Shown piece after piece: positions 48,074-60,339 of a stretch of DNA of 64,000 nt. The translations under genes were made by a program, and so were the position numbers. The DNA lies in contig BCKZ01000003.1 in NCBI GenBank assembly GCA_001600815.1, positions 1,289,474 through 1,353,473 of the forward strand. Direction: 5' to 3'. How positions within the stretch are numbered: position 1 is the first letter of the stretch; each line of letters begins with the position of its first letter. The notes below the pieces were generated by a model. It was not told the DNA's origin. It made no database searches and saw nothing but the letters and a program-made list of their open reading frames with translations. The stretch is from Alloascoidea hylecoeti (lineage: Eukaryota).

Positions 48074-49345
48074 ATGTCCTTACAGAAAAATATCGATCTT
48101 GTTTCTGATCTCCCTGATGAAATATTTGAGCTAATCTTCTCGGATTTGCCACTAACAGCTTTGCTCATTTGTAGAAGAGTTTCTAAATCATGGAAAAAAA
48201 TAGCTGAAAATGATAGTATATGGAGACCAAAATTTCAAGATCAAATATCTTGGAGATACTACAATTATGATTCAGACACTGATTCGTGGTATGAATTATA
48301 TAAAGAACGTTATCTTTTAGACTTAAATTGGAAGCATGATAGATTTACACAGCATAAATTAAGTGGTCATTCTGCATTTACATTCTGTGTTAAATTTTTT
48401 AAAAACTGGATTATAACAGGTTCAGTTGATTGTACAATAAGAATTTGGGATAATGAAACCTATCAGTGTTTAAAAGTTTTGGGTGAACAAAGTCCTAAGT
48501 TTTTAAGACAATTTGATGTACCAAACTTTGATATTTTAAGAGAAAAGCTATCAACAAAGGAAATATTGGAATTAGCAAAAGATACTGATATCAAATTTCA
48601 TTTGGATATTGTTAGATGTATGGATATTAATGATAAATACTTGGTTTCTGGTTCATCTGATGGGTCTTGCATATTTTGGAAATTATCAGATTTCAAACCA
48701 ATGAATCGTCTGATAATACCACCACAAAGTGGTCACAATTCAGTTATAAATAGTCTCGCCTTATACAATGATTATATTGTATGTTGTGATGATAAATATA
48801 TTACGGTTTGGAAATCAAGTGTCGATGATTTAGAACATCAACTACAGTTTAGTTCAAGATACCGTTTAAAACTAGAAGGTTACAGTAATAATATTTGCAT
48901 TCATAATGATATTATATATTTAAGAGAATTTAAAGGTATAAGATCCTGGAATATTGAAACTGGTCAAATCATTCAAGAAATTCGAAATAATGTAATGTGT
49001 ATTGCAGCAAGTGATCAATATTTATTTATTGGTGAATACAACACAATAACAGTTTTAGATTTACAAACTAATAAAAGAAAAATTATTTCATCAAATGGAG
49101 GACCAATTGAATTATATACAGTTGATGATAAAATTTCTGTTAATGAATCTACTATTAATATTTGGAATTTAAATGATCTAAAATTATTTAAAGAATTTAA
49201 AATTTTAAACCATGAAAAATATTTGCGTCCTGCTTTTTCAATTTGTGCTGATTCAAAAAGGTTAGCTGCTTTTACTATGAACGGTACTTATATTATTTAT
49301 GATTTTACTGAAAAATTGAGGAAAAAATATTTAAAACATTTATAA
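48074..49345 (+). CDS. F-box/WD40 protein, copy C
   Basis: ATG 48074 MSLQKNIDLVSDLPDEIF; longest insertion between WD1 and WD2; tail LRKKYLKHL. Confidence 0.92.
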   Translation: MSLQKNIDLVSDLPDEIFELIFSDLPLTALLICRRVSKSWKKIAENDSIWRPKFQDQISWRYYNYDSDTDSWYELYKERYLLDLNWKHDRFTQHKLSGHSAFTFCVKFFKNWIITGSVDCTIRIWDNETYQCLKVLGEQSPKFLRQFDVPNFDILREKLSTKEILELAKDTDIKFHLDIVRCMDINDKYLVSGSSDGSCIFWKLSDFKPMNRLIIPPQSGHNSVINSLALYNDYIVCCDDKYITVWKSSVDDLEHQLQFSSRYRLKLEGYSNNICIHNDIIYLREFKGIRSWNIETGQIIQEIRNNVMCIAASDQYLFIGEYNTITVLDLQTNKRKIISSNGGPIELYTVDDKISVNESTINIWNLNDLKLFKEFKILNHEKYLRPAFSICADSKRLAAFTMNGTYIIYDFTEKLRKKYLKHL

Positions 49346-49761
49346 TCTACTGAAAATTGAAAATAAACATTGTTGCCTAAAGAAATTTCATAATATTAAC
49401 CCCCATTAGTTAGAAAGTAACTTGAAATATTTTATCCTAATACATGTATTATGAATGTAATTTATCCTGATTGTATTTATCGAATACTGCCATTCCACGA
49501 TCATGATCAAAACTTATTATAACCTATGACTTTATTAATTATATTGCAACTTCTGAAATAAAGATACATGTAATATGTATAGTAGATATCGATACTTATT
49601 TTTTACCAGCATCTGCATATTTTAATCACGTTTACTGAGTTATGATAACGTTGATATAGAGAGTAAAGTTTGTTGCTCCATTCTTTTCTTATCATTTTTT
49701 ATTGGAAAAAGCCAGAATATTACTGAAAGCAACTTAAACATCCCATTTCAACAATTCCAAT

Positions 49762-50297
49762 ATGTCCTTACAAAGAAATCTTTAGACGACAACCAATTAT
49801 GTTTCCGATCTTCCTTATGAATTATTTAACATAATCTTCTCAGATTTGCCAATAATAACCTTACTCACTTGCAGAAGAGTTTCTAGATCATGAAAACAAA
49901 TATTTGAAAATGATGTTATATGGAGATCGAAATATCAAGACCAAATATCTTGGAGATACAATAATGAAGCTTCATAACTTAATTCATGGTATGAATTGTA
50001 TAAAGAGCGTTATATTTTAGAATCAAATTAGAAAAATGGTAAATTCACACGACATAAATTAAGTGGACATTCTGACAAAACATATTGTGTTAAATTTTTT
50101 AAAAACTGGATCATAACTGGTTCAGTTGATTTTACAATTAGAATTTGGGATAATGAAAACTTTGAATGTTTAAGAGTATTAGGAGAATCAGATTCTGAGA
50201 TTTTACGACAATTACCACTTCCTCATATTAGAAGACGAGAATTCTCAACAATGGATATGTCGCGATTAATAAAAGATATTAATATCAAATTTCATTA
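49762..50297 (+). pseudogene. F-box/WD40 pseudogene, 3'-truncated, with two Trp-to-stop codons
   Basis: MSLQRNL..VSDLPYE; TGA at 49891 and TAG near 50028 where paralogs have TGG; homology ends at IKFH. Confidence 0.9.
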
Positions 50298-50799
50298 GTT
50301 ATTATATTACTAACTAACTTATAAATGTTGCTTTTTTCGATTTCGCCTTTTACAGTTCTGCTATCTATTTCTTATTTTTCGAAAGGCAGGGAGTTATTTC
50401 ATAACAGTTGAAATATATGATTTGTTCATAACAAGGTGACATTGGAGTCATAATATAGGTACTTGGTATATATTTTTGGTGGCTCAATTACTTTAAGAGA
50501 AACCTGTAATATTAAGAAAATGTAAGTGTTTATAGACTCTATATTCATGCGGCTGCATTTAATAAACCTTTATAAACCTCCCATTGAAAGTCCGGTAACG
50601 CCGCATGAAGCTTTTTCATTGGTGAGAAAGACTTTTGTAGTCCATTGAGGCTGTGTATTTTTCATTGAAGTTGTTTGTTCATTAGGTAAAAATGTTATAC
50701 TGAAATTTATATATAAAAACAAAACAATCCCTCATTTTTAGTTGTTCAATATCTGTCTAAATCCACCAATAATACATAATTTAAACGATCATTATTACA

Positions 50800-51858
50800 A
50801 TGCCAGACAACAATATTGAAATTGTTATTAGAGCAGCACATAAATGGTCTTTATATAAGTATACACCAAATTTAGGTGCAAACATATTTTTCACTATTAC
50901 GTTTTTCATTTTGTTATTTCTTCAGATTTTAAGACAAATCTTCACCTATAGAAAATACTCAAAACATGTCAATAAAATTTCTGAGCTGGGCCAGCCATTG
51001 GAAACATGGTCACAAAATTCAAATTCACATGAAAATCCAATTGCTTATAGTCCAAATCAATCAAATAAATCTTTAGTTGATCCAAGAAATAATGAAAATC
51101 AAATTAATCCAAAACAATCGAAAAAAGATTTTAAAAGATACGTTTATTGTTTTATTCCTTTCCTTATTGGAAATCTTTGTGAAGCTCTTGGATACATTGG
51201 GAGAATTGGGTCACATTATGAAAAAAGCTCTCTAAATTATTTTCTTATGCAAGCCGTTCTTTTACTAATTGGTCCCGCATTCATGGCTGCAACAATTTAT
51301 ATGTTATTTGGAAGATTGGTCGTTCTATTAAATAGTGAAAAATATTGTCCCATTAGGACTAAATTTCTAACTCCATTCTTTGTCAGTGGTGATGTTTTAA
51401 GTTTATTGGTTCAATCTGGTGGTGCTGGTATGTCTGGAAGTAAGGATTCTCACAAACTCAAAACTAGTTTATGGATTGTTGTGGGCGGTCTTGCAATTCA
51501 AGTTCTTTTCTTCACTTTATTCATTTTTATAGAAATTAGATTCGTTTACATGATGTATAAAGAACCTACCCCTACATCGATTGAGATGAGACATTCTCCA
51601 AGTAGAAGAGAAAATTGGAAATCAATAAATCTTTTATTAATTGGTGTTTCCCTTTTAATTTTGATAAGATCAATTTTTAGAGTCGTTGAATATGCTGCGG
51701 GATCAAATAATGCAACTTGGAAAACTGAAACTTATCTATTTGTACTGGATAGTACTCCAATAACAATATCATCCATTTTGTTTATTGTATTTTGCCCACT
51801 TAATGCCATCCTTTCTTTATACCTTAATCAACAGAATATAAAGAAATTTCCTAATTGA
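50800..51858 (+). CDS. RTA1/RSB1-family lipid-translocating exporter (multi-pass membrane protein)
   Basis: YKYTPNL, CEALGYIGR, LLLIGPAFMAATIY, FVSGDVLSLLVQSGGAG, IRSIFRVVEY. Confidence 0.92.
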   Translation: MPDNNIEIVIRAAHKWSLYKYTPNLGANIFFTITFFILLFLQILRQIFTYRKYSKHVNKISELGQPLETWSQNSNSHENPIAYSPNQSNKSLVDPRNNENQINPKQSKKDFKRYVYCFIPFLIGNLCEALGYIGRIGSHYEKSSLNYFLMQAVLLLIGPAFMAATIYMLFGRLVVLLNSEKYCPIRTKFLTPFFVSGDVLSLLVQSGGAGMSGSKDSHKLKTSLWIVVGGLAIQVLFFTLFIFIEIRFVYMMYKEPTPTSIEMRHSPSRRENWKSINLLLIGVSLLILIRSIFRVVEYAAGSNNATWKTETYLFVLDSTPITISSILFIVFCPLNAILSLYLNQQNIKKFPN

Positions 51859-52770
51859 AAATATATAATCATGATCAACAGTCGATGGTATCTTCTTATT
51901 ATGCTCATAGTGTTAACTTTATTAGCCGTACATATTTTTATACATGCATAATTATAATAAAAATATATGAGAAAATGCGATACGTGGACCCTAAAAGGGT
52001 GAAATCCTAAGCTTTCTAGGGTGAAAATGATCATTCATATACATATCATGTGATGGGAATTATCCGTTTGAGATGTAAGTTAAAAGATAACATTTTTTCA
52101 TCCATATTCGTGATAATTTGCAAATTAATTAGTGATGATTTGTGCATTTAATTGGTTTATTTATTAAATATAGTTTATTTTATTTGAGAGTCATTTGGTG
52201 ATGTTTACAGAAAATTATTAGTATACGTAATAATATACCTAAATTTAACTATATGAATCTTGAAGATAGGTTCAAGAATAAATTAGAGGCAATAAAGAAA
52301 AGCTACCACTGAATTAATTCTCTTAGAAACATGGGTAGGAACTACTAGGAAATAGCGAATTAATAGGTTTCCATCTGGAGAAATGACCAAAAACGAAGCA
52401 CCGAACTATTCGCTTAAAAAGAGATGTAATAATTGAAAAGTAAACCCACTGTGAAAACGAAGAACATATAGTTACTACACAAAGTAGTACACCTCTGTTC
52501 AGTGTTTATATAGATGTCTACTTGAAAGACTAAATGTATATCAAGCAAGCTAATTGAAAGCTAAAAGCAAAATAGTCTATCACCCTAGTATCCTATCTTT
52601 CATTTTCAATATGGTGAATTCATAGTGGAAAGATTATATTTCCAACTGATCAACAATCCGCAGTGGAGATGAAATTCTTACAATTATGTATGCAGGCCCA
52701 TTTAAAAAGAATGGTTGATATTATAAATCAAAACTTCTTCAAGAAACAATGTCTATTTTCAATTAATAGA

Positions 52771-54015
52771 TTATAAATGTTTTAAATATTTTTTCCTTAA
52801 ATTTTCAGTGAAATCAAATACAACAACATCACCATCCATAGTAAAAGCTATCCTTTTCGAATCAGCGCCAATTACACGAGGAGTAATTTCTAACGATTCT
52901 TGACCTATACTTTCAAATTCTTTGAATAATTGTAGGTCATTTAAGTTCCAAATCCTAATAGTAGTATCAAGATTAATAGAAATGATTCTATTATTAACTA
53001 TAAATAATGCAGCTGCTCCTTCATCTGATAAAATATATATTTCATTTGTTTGTAAATCCATAAGTAATACCGTATTGTAATTACCAACAAGTAAGAAATA
53101 ATCAGTTGCTGCAATGCAATCTAGAATATTAAATTGAAACTCTCGGATTATCTGACCAGTTTCAATATTCCACGTTCTGATATTGAAATTCCCAGCACCA
53201 TATAGAATACCATTTTTGATACAAAAACTTCTAACGGAATCTTCTGGGTCTAAACGGTATTCCAAATTAAACTGTAGTCGGTCTGTTAAATCATCAAAAC
53301 TTGATTTCCAAACACTAATATTGTTATCATTACATACAATATAATCATTGTATAAGGCAACAGCTTTTATATATGAATAACTTTCTTCGTGCGTTGATGT
53401 TATCAGACGTTTAACTTGTTTAAAATCTGGTAATTTCCAAATTATACAAGAACCATCATATGAACCAGAAACCAAATATTTATCATTAATATCAATAGAA
53501 CTAACCTCACCCAAATGAAATTTTGGATCAGTAATTAATTCCAATTTATCCGCTGATGATGAAACTTTTCTTAAAACCTCAGGATCTGGTTTACCTATAA
53601 CTTTTAAACATTTAAAAGTATCGCTATCCCAAATTCTTACTGAACAATCTTCTGATCCAGTTATGATCCAGTTTTTAAAAAATTTAACACAGTGTGTTCT
53701 GCCAGAATGACCTTCTAATATATGCTGTGAAAATTTACCATTTTTCCAATTTGATTCTAGAAGAAGATTTTCTTTATACAATTCATACCATGAATCGGTT
53801 TTTGAATCATCATTATAGTACTTCCAATATTTTTGTTCTTGAAACTTTGATTTCCATATACCATCATTTTCGACTATTTCCTTCCATGACTTAGAAACTC
53901 TTCTGCAAATGAGTAGAGCTATTATTGGTAAATCTGAGAAGATTGTTTCAGATATTTCATTTGGGAGATCGGAAACAAGATCGATTGTCATCTCAGTGTT
54001 TCTGTGTAAGGTCAT
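52771..54015 (-). CDS. F-box/WD40 protein, copy D
   Basis: ATG 54015 MTLHRNTEMTIDLVSDLPNEI; intact to LRKKYLKHL. Confidence 0.92.
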   Translation of the reverse strand: MTLHRNTEMTIDLVSDLPNEISETIFSDLPIIALLICRRVSKSWKEIVENDGIWKSKFQEQKYWKYYNDDSKTDSWYELYKENLLLESNWKNGKFSQHILEGHSGRTHCVKFFKNWIITGSEDCSVRIWDSDTFKCLKVIGKPDPEVLRKVSSSADKLELITDPKFHLGEVSSIDINDKYLVSGSYDGSCIIWKLPDFKQVKRLITSTHEESYSYIKAVALYNDYIVCNDNNISVWKSSFDDLTDRLQFNLEYRLDPEDSVRSFCIKNGILYGAGNFNIRTWNIETGQIIREFQFNILDCIAATDYFLLVGNYNTVLLMDLQTNEIYILSDEGAAALFIVNNRIISINLDTTIRIWNLNDLQLFKEFESIGQESLEITPRVIGADSKRIAFTMDGDVVVFDFTENLRKKYLKHL

Positions 54016-54480
54016 ATTGTAATTGTTAAAATGGTTAAAATGGTTAAAATGGTTCTCAATAAATATTCTGGCTTTTCCAATAACAAACAAGAAAGAGAAA
54101 AGGGTTATGCACTTTACTCCCTGTTTGGGGATCTCCAATGAACGCGATGAATCTACTTGTTTGTGGGTAGGACTACCAAATTTTCCTAGTAAAGCTAAAT
54201 GATTATCTGGGATATCACTGATTAATTTCCAAAAACAACGCTAATTAACTGCCAAACCTATCGCTAATCATTTTCGAAAATAGCGCTACCTCTATTATAT
54301 ATTAATAGGTGGAAAGTAAGACTCACCAAAAGGAATTAATTGTTCATAAAAAGTTATAAAGCATATACGTGTATAATTGTATAATATTGTAATTATGTAC
54401 TTATAATCTGAGCGCTCTAAAATCACAACATTGCACTTGCAATGAAGAATGAACTAGCCTTAAATAAGCCATCAGGAACC

Positions 54481-54501
54481 TTTTTTTTTTTTTTTTTTTT
54501 T
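54481..54501. repeat. poly(T)21 tract
   Basis: Read directly from the sequence. Confidence 0.95.
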
Positions 54502-54937
54502 GATCAATTAATACCATATCGTAAATATACTTAACGAGCAAACCTCTTGCTCCATAGAATTTTAAACATCTTAGAGTGCAATGAAAAGCTTTAAAAAAAA
54601 GTTATGAAATGTCTTCAGATATTATGATGATGATAATGCTTTACGTATTATAAGTAATAAAGTTTCAATAAATTTCGTCTGAACATCTACATGTATGAGA
54701 ATCTTACTATTTCACTGATATGGCTGTAAAAAAGTATTAAGAACTGGATCCCTCACCGATGTGCCAACTGCAAATACCCCTTCCAATCCAACTTACGTAT
54801 ACCCCTTATTGCTTTAGTATTAATACATGTACAACAAAATGTTTTTTAATATTATATGCATTAATAAAGGATTAATATTACCAATTGACATTCATTTAAG
54901 AAACCAAGTTTATTTTCAATTTTCAATTTTCAATAGA

Positions 54938-56188
54938 TTATAAATGTTTTAAATATTTTTTCCTTAAATTTTTAGAAAAATCAAAAACAACAACATCACC
55001 ACCTATAGTGAAAGCAGCTAACCTTTTAGAATCAGCACCAATTACACAAGGACTAACATCCAATGTTCCTCGTATTAAATTTTTAAATTTTTTAAATGAT
55101 TGTAGATCATTTATGTTCCAAATCTTAATATTACAGCTAAGATTAACAGAAATGATTTTATTATCAACTACAAATAATTGGCATCTGTCTTCATCGAATA
55201 AAAGCTTTGTTTCTTTCGTTTTTAAGTCCATAGCTGATACTTTGTTGCAATCACCAACAAACAAGTATTGATCATTTACAGAAATGCTATCTAGCATATG
55301 AAATCGAAACTCTTGGGTTATTTGACCAGTTTCAATATTCCAGGTTGTTACCTTGAAATTCCCAGCACTATATATAATACCATTTTTGATACAAAAACTT
55401 CTAACGGAATCTTCTGGGTCTAAACGGTATTCCAAATTAAACTGTAGTCGGTCTGTTAAATCATCAAAACTTGATTTCCAAACACTAATATTGTTATCAT
55501 TACATACAATATAATCATTGTATAAAGCAACAGCTTTTATATATGAATAACTTTCGTGCGTTGATGTTATCAGACGTTTAACTTGTTTAAAATCTGGTAA
55601 TTTCCAAATTATACAAGAACCATCATATGAACCAGAAACCAAATATTTATCATTAATATCAATAGAACTAACCTCACCCAAATGAAATTTTGTATCATTA
55701 TTTTTTATTAATTCCAATGTATCCCATGCTGACAAAACTTTTTTAACACTCTCATGGTTTGGTTTTCCTATTACTTTTAAACATTGAAAAGTATCACTAT
55801 CCCAAATTCTTACTGAACAATCTTCTGATCCAGTTATGATCCAGTTTTTAAAAAATTTAACACAGTGTGTTCTGCCAGAATGACCTTCTAATATATGCTG
55901 TGAAAATTTACCATTTTTCCAATTTGATTCTAGAAGAAGATTTTCTTTATACAATTCATACCATGAATCGGTTTCTGAATCATCATTATAGTACTTCCAA
56001 TATTTTTGTTCTTGAAACTTTGATTTCCATATACCATCATTTTCGACTATTTCCTTCCATGATTTAGAAACTCTTCTACAAATGAGTAAAGATTCTGGTG
56101 GCAAATTTAAGAAGACTATTTGAGATATTTCAGAAGGAATACTGGAAACAAAATCGATTGCTGTCTGAAGACTTTGGTGTAAGGACAT
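54938..56188 (-). CDS. F-box/WD40 protein, copy E
   Basis: Intact 416-aa ORF. Confidence 0.93.
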   Translation of the reverse strand: MSLHQSLQTAIDFVSSIPSEISQIVFLNLPPESLLICRRVSKSWKEIVENDGIWKSKFQEQKYWKYYNDDSETDSWYELYKENLLLESNWKNGKFSQHILEGHSGRTHCVKFFKNWIITGSEDCSVRIWDSDTFQCLKVIGKPNHESVKKVLSAWDTLELIKNNDTKFHLGEVSSIDINDKYLVSGSYDGSCIIWKLPDFKQVKRLITSTHESYSYIKAVALYNDYIVCNDNNISVWKSSFDDLTDRLQFNLEYRLDPEDSVRSFCIKNGIIYSAGNFKVTTWNIETGQITQEFRFHMLDSISVNDQYLFVGDCNKVSAMDLKTKETKLLFDEDRCQLFVVDNKIISVNLSCNIKIWNINDLQSFKKFKNLIRGTLDVSPCVIGADSKRLAAFTIGGDVVVFDFSKNLRKKYLKHL

Positions 56189-56921
56189 ATTTCAATTGTC
56201 TAAATGGTTTAAATGATCTATATGGTTGTATTATTGCCCTTTCCAATAACAATAATATGGGAAGAGAATAAATGAAATCTAGTGAATCTTTATTATTCTA
56301 CATATTTTAATTAACTGCGTTATAATATAGAGTGAATGTAGGTTCCTTCATTTTTGTAGGTTGATCATACACTAATTAAGTCCAAGTTTTTATTCCACGT
56401 GGTGAAATAAGTCAGAACAAGTAGTGAAATATTTGTTAGATAAATTATGTAATTATCTAAAATTATATGCCCAAATATCTTCCTTAAAATTTACGAAATA
56501 TACTACTTACAAGGAATCACTAAAAGGATGTTACTGCATTGAAACTATATTCAATCGTACGTGTAAATATTTATGACTAATTCGAATATAATTGAGCCAA
56601 ATAACTAAATATGTTGTCACCTGGGTAAAACATATTTCAATACCTTAAGTAGAAAGAGTCCATTTATTAAAAAGTCTAGAAGCGCCCATGAGAACCAATA
56701 ACTATAACAATCTCACTATATCACCTATTATGGGTGAACAATAGTATCAACAGCTAGATCACTCAGCAATATGTCAAATATGTTTCTATTCTAACCCCTT
56801 ACATTAATATTAATACTATTAAATGTTTTTTAATTATTACGCATGTCACAGTTCTCTAGTAATGAGGGTTTGATACTATTAATTGAAATTTCTTTAACAA
56901 ACGATATCGATGCTTATTAAA

Positions 56922-58163
56922 TTATAAATATTTTAAATATTTTTTCCTTAAATTTTCACTAAAATCATAAACAACAACATCACCATCCATAGTAAAAGCA
57001 GCTAGCTTTTTTGAATCAATACCAATTGAATTAGTAGACAATAAATCTAAATTTTCATTATCTAAAATTTTAAATTTTTTAAATAATTTTAGATCGTTTA
57101 AATTCCAAATTTTAAAACTACTACATTCATGATTAATAGAAACTATCTTATTATCAGATATAGATAATTTAACTAGTCCTTCTTCTTCTTCTTGATCTGG
57201 TAAAATTTTTATTTCATTTGTTTTTAAATCTCGAAATGTGAGCACCTCATTCTCAGAGACAAATAAATATTGAGCATTTAATCCATGACATGCAATTTCA
57301 TCATATTTGAATACTTGGATTTTTTGACCAGTTTCAATATTCCAGGATGTTATTAAAGCTTCAGATTCTCTAGAATATATAATATCATTATGAATGCAAA
57401 TTAACCTAATCCAACTTCCATTTTTCAAAATATGTTGTAAATTAAACTGCTGGTGTTGTTCTAAATCATCAAGACTTAATTTCCAAACCATAATACTATA
57501 ATCAACACAACATACAATATAATCATTGTATAAAGCGAGACCACATATAGGTGGTGGACTGTAATCTCTTTCTATTGGAATTATGAGACGTTGTATTGGA
57601 TTAAAATCAGGTAACTTCCAAATTATACAAGAATAATCATATGAACAAGAAACTAGATATTCATCATTAATGTCAATAAGCCAAACGACGCCGAAATGAG
57701 TTTTAATATCCACGTCTTTTACTAATTCTGAAATTTCTATCGCCGTGAATATCCGAAAATCTGGATTACCTAAAACTCTTAAACCTTGATAACTTTCACA
57801 GTCCCAAATTATAATTGTACAATCTGAACCAGTTATAATCCAATTTTTAAAAAATTTAACACACCATGTACAGTAAGCACGGGAACATAAGTGATATCGT
57901 GTGAATCTATCATTTTTCCAATTTAAGTCTAAAAGATACCGTTCTTTATATAATTCATACCATGAATCAGTTTCTGAATCATCATTATTGTATTTCCAAT
58001 ATTTTTGATCACAAAATTTTGATCTCCATAAATGATCATTATCAGCAATATCTTTCCATGAATTAGATACTCTTCTACATTCAAGTAAAGTTGTTGGTGA
58101 CAAATTCAAGAAGATTATTTCAGATATTTCATTTGGGAGTTTGGAAACATGATCGATCGTCAT
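56922..58163 (-). CDS. F-box/WD40 protein, copy F
   Basis: ATG 58163 MTIDHVSKLPNEI; intact to LRKKYLKYL. Confidence 0.92.
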   Translation of the reverse strand: MTIDHVSKLPNEISEIIFLNLSPTTLLECRRVSNSWKDIADNDHLWRSKFCDQKYWKYNNDDSETDSWYELYKERYLLDLNWKNDRFTRYHLCSRAYCTWCVKFFKNWIITGSDCTIIIWDCESYQGLRVLGNPDFRIFTAIEISELVKDVDIKTHFGVVWLIDINDEYLVSCSYDYSCIIWKLPDFNPIQRLIIPIERDYSPPPICGLALYNDYIVCCVDYSIMVWKLSLDDLEQHQQFNLQHILKNGSWIRLICIHNDIIYSRESEALITSWNIETGQKIQVFKYDEIACHGLNAQYLFVSENEVLTFRDLKTNEIKILPDQEEEEGLVKLSISDNKIVSINHECSSFKIWNLNDLKLFKKFKILDNENLDLLSTNSIGIDSKKLAAFTMDGDVVVYDFSENLRKKYLKYL

Positions 58164-58999
58164 CTTAAGATTTTTGTCCGAGGATAGCAATTGATTGTTA
58201 TAATTAGTATAATTATGGGTTGCTAAATCCCGAGTGTTTCGGTAGAAGGTTCCGGGAAAGAAGCACATCTTATATTTTTTAAGCTGATAAGCTTTAAAAT
58301 AAAAAAGTGATTAAATTTATATTTATGTTAGCTATACCAATTTCTCTATGTTTCAGGAGTGTCAATATAATCAATTACAATACCATAGATTAATGGGCTG
58401 GAATGACAATATTTGATGAAAACAATCAGGCTAAATAACATTAATTAATATAAATATATATGTTTCTTAATATATATTATTTTGATTTTCGTATATCTTA
58501 ATTATAACCTCTAGTATATTAAGGGCTATTCAACGTATTCAAAATTTAAATTTGGATTAATTTCTTCTCTATTATTTTTTCTTTTTAATGTTAGATAATC
58601 TTAAAAGTAAAGTTAAAAATGACAGAGTGGATAATAATAACTTAAATAAAGACCCTATGAATAGTACCATAACATCCCTTGAAACAAGAAAGAAATACAG
58701 GTATTACCATGCCCAGCATGCAAATGTTCAAAAAAATCAAAATTCATTTATGATATTACACCAAAGTAATGTTAATTCTGCACCATCAGATAAAGACAAG
58801 GAGAAAGGTAATGATATGGTATGGATAACTCTTTTGAATTTAGTTTTTCTAAAGAGGTTTAGCAGGGTCGAGATACAAACGAATTAAAATTGATAAAGAT
58901 CACTCTGAATCAGATTCCTATGATTAACGTTCATATATTCAAATTTGTTATTATCAAATATGATAAATAAGTATAAATTAAATATTTTATAATAAAATA

Positions 59000-59860
59000 T
59001 TAATATTGATTATTTACTGCGATGCTATCTAGATTACGAAATTTAAACTTTTGGATTATTTGACCAGTTTCAATATTCCAGGTTATTACATTGACATACC
59101 CAGCAGTATATAAAATTCCATTTTTGATACAAATGCATCTAACGAATTTTCCTATGTCTAAACCGTATTCCAAATTAAACTGTAGTCGGTGTTCTGAATT
59201 ATCAAGACTTGATTTCCAAACCCTAACATAGTTATTAATAAATACAATATAATCATCGTATAAAACGACATCTCTTATGATATAATTTTGTTCTAATGGT
59301 ATTATCAGACGTTTAACTTGTTTAAAATCTGGTAATTTCCAAATTATACAAGAATCATCAAATGAACCAGAGACCAAATATTTTTCATTAATATCAATAC
59401 AACTTACTTTATGAAAATGATGTTTTATATCCTCATTTTTTATTAATTTATATTCAGCATGACGTCTTCTTGAAATCCCAGGATCTAGTTCACCTAATAC
59501 TCTTAAACATTGATAAGTATCATTATCCCAAATTCTTATTGTACAATCTGCTGAACCAGTTATAATCCAATTTTTAAAAAATTTAACACAACATGTTCTT
59601 TCAGAATGACCAATTAATTGATGCTGTGAAAATTTACCATTTTTCCAATTTGATTCTAAAAGATACCGTTCTTTATATAATTGATACCACATTATTGTAT
59701 TTCCAATATTTTTGTTCTTGAAACTTTGGTTTCCAGATACTATCATTTTCAGCTATTTGTTTCCATGATTTAGAAACTTTTCTACAATCAAGTAAAGTTG
59801 TTACAGGTAAATCTGAGAAGATTATTTGAGATATTTTATAAGGGAGATCAGAAACATCTT
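59000..59860 (-). pseudogene. F-box/WD40 pseudogene (frameshifting deletion of DDSETDS; C-terminal blades lost)
   Basis: F-box VSDLPYKISQ is in a different frame from WYQLYKERY...; homology stops at VNNQY. Confidence 0.88.
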
Positions 59861-60237
59861 AAGGTTTTTATGGTTTAAAATGGTTGTTGTTTTACCCCTA
59901 CTTAGTGGTTGCCAATATTGTACTTGACGTGATCAGTTACCCCACCACTCTTGCTAACATTATAAATTTTAGTATCTTCGTATCTACTATTCACCACATT
60001 ATAATTATAGATATATTACTTATATCATGTCTTATTGTACTATCCATCATAATTATACATCATATATTGTAATATTTAATGCTCATGCTCACCAGAAATA
60101 TTTATATATGGCTAGTTATAACGTTATGAGTGGCCTAATTATGAATCATATAATTCCTTAAAATATTGATAACTGAAGCGAAACAAACTTAAAATAATGT
60201 TAACAAAATAAAAACGTTATGAATTGAAATCAGAAGC

Positions 60238-60238
60238 A

Positions 60239-60286
<48 letters not shown>
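60238..60286. repeat. (TAA)n microsatellite
   Basis: Read directly from the sequence. Confidence 0.9.
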
Positions 60287-60287
<1 letters not shown>

Positions 60288-60339
60288 TATAAAAAATCAA
60301 AACAATCAATAACTTAAGATATTATGATATGAAATATAG

